Source of the DNA: Balanoglossus misakiensis
Lineage: Eukaryota > Animalia > Hemichordata
Direction: 5' to 3'
Assembly (NCBI GenBank): GCA_040954595.2
Contig: CM082591.2
Location: 4,867,009 to 4,931,008 of the forward strand
Length of the DNA stretch: 64,000 nucleotides
The position numbers and the translations under genes were made by a program. Below, piece by piece: positions 63,501 to 64,000 of the stretch. Position 1 is the first letter of the stretch. Each line of letters opens with the position of its first letter. Under the pieces are notes generated by a model. The model was given only the letters and a program-made list of their open reading frames with translations. It searched no databases and was not told the origin of the DNA.

Positions 63501-64000
63501 CATCAACAGTGACGAAGACACCTGAACAGTCAATGCATGACTTTTGGTCAACAGTCACAATTATCTATACACATTTAAAAATGCATTTTTGTGTTACTTT
63601 GTAGGTAAATTTCACCACAGATTTTTTTCTCAAGACTTTGGGCGCTACCTGAAGTTTTCAGGCACATTGCCTTATAAAATGTTACATCTAAAAATAACAG
63701 TCTTGAAGTCGTAAAAAGCATTATTTTTTTTTAGAAATATCACTGAGTTTTAACTTCATTATTTTTGCTGGGTGGTAAATTTGCTAGCTTTCCTTTCTCA
63801 TAGAAATCTATAATCACAGTGGAAAAGTATGATTCTGCTCAGTTAGAAATCTTGTATGCTCCTCACATTGGAAAAAATACTGAACTCAAAACCCAGTGAA
63901 ATTAATGACTTCACGCTATTATCCTCCCACTGCACTGTTTCCATGGTGATGTCTAATCTGAACTTCTGATGTTCCGGCACAGGCAAATTGCTAGAATCAT

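Overview
This is animal genomic DNA, not prokaryotic: genes are split by GT-AG introns and the window holds many MITEs and microsatellites. Gene content and repeats suggest a marine invertebrate, possibly a non-vertebrate deuterostome (inference). I assembled five genes by hand with consistent splice phases. (1) A minus-strand type I receptor that runs off the left edge and joins a TNFR cysteine-rich ectodomain to a cytoplasmic ZU5-UPA module with an HFT candidate autoproteolysis motif. (2) A plus-strand tetraspanin with two tandem 99-nt paralogous EC2 exons that look mutually exclusive. (3) PRMT1 on the minus strand, with a candidate in-frame 33-nt cassette exon in its last intron and a candidate alternative first exon. 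(4) A TRIM-NHL gene with an intronless CDS (RING, two B-boxes, coiled coil, filamin, NHL). (5) A second, minus-strand tetraspanin whose exon-4 end and donor site were amplified into an ~86-bp minisatellite. The last ~24.5 kb has no recognisable coding sequence. All calls come from reading the sequence; no database searches were run.
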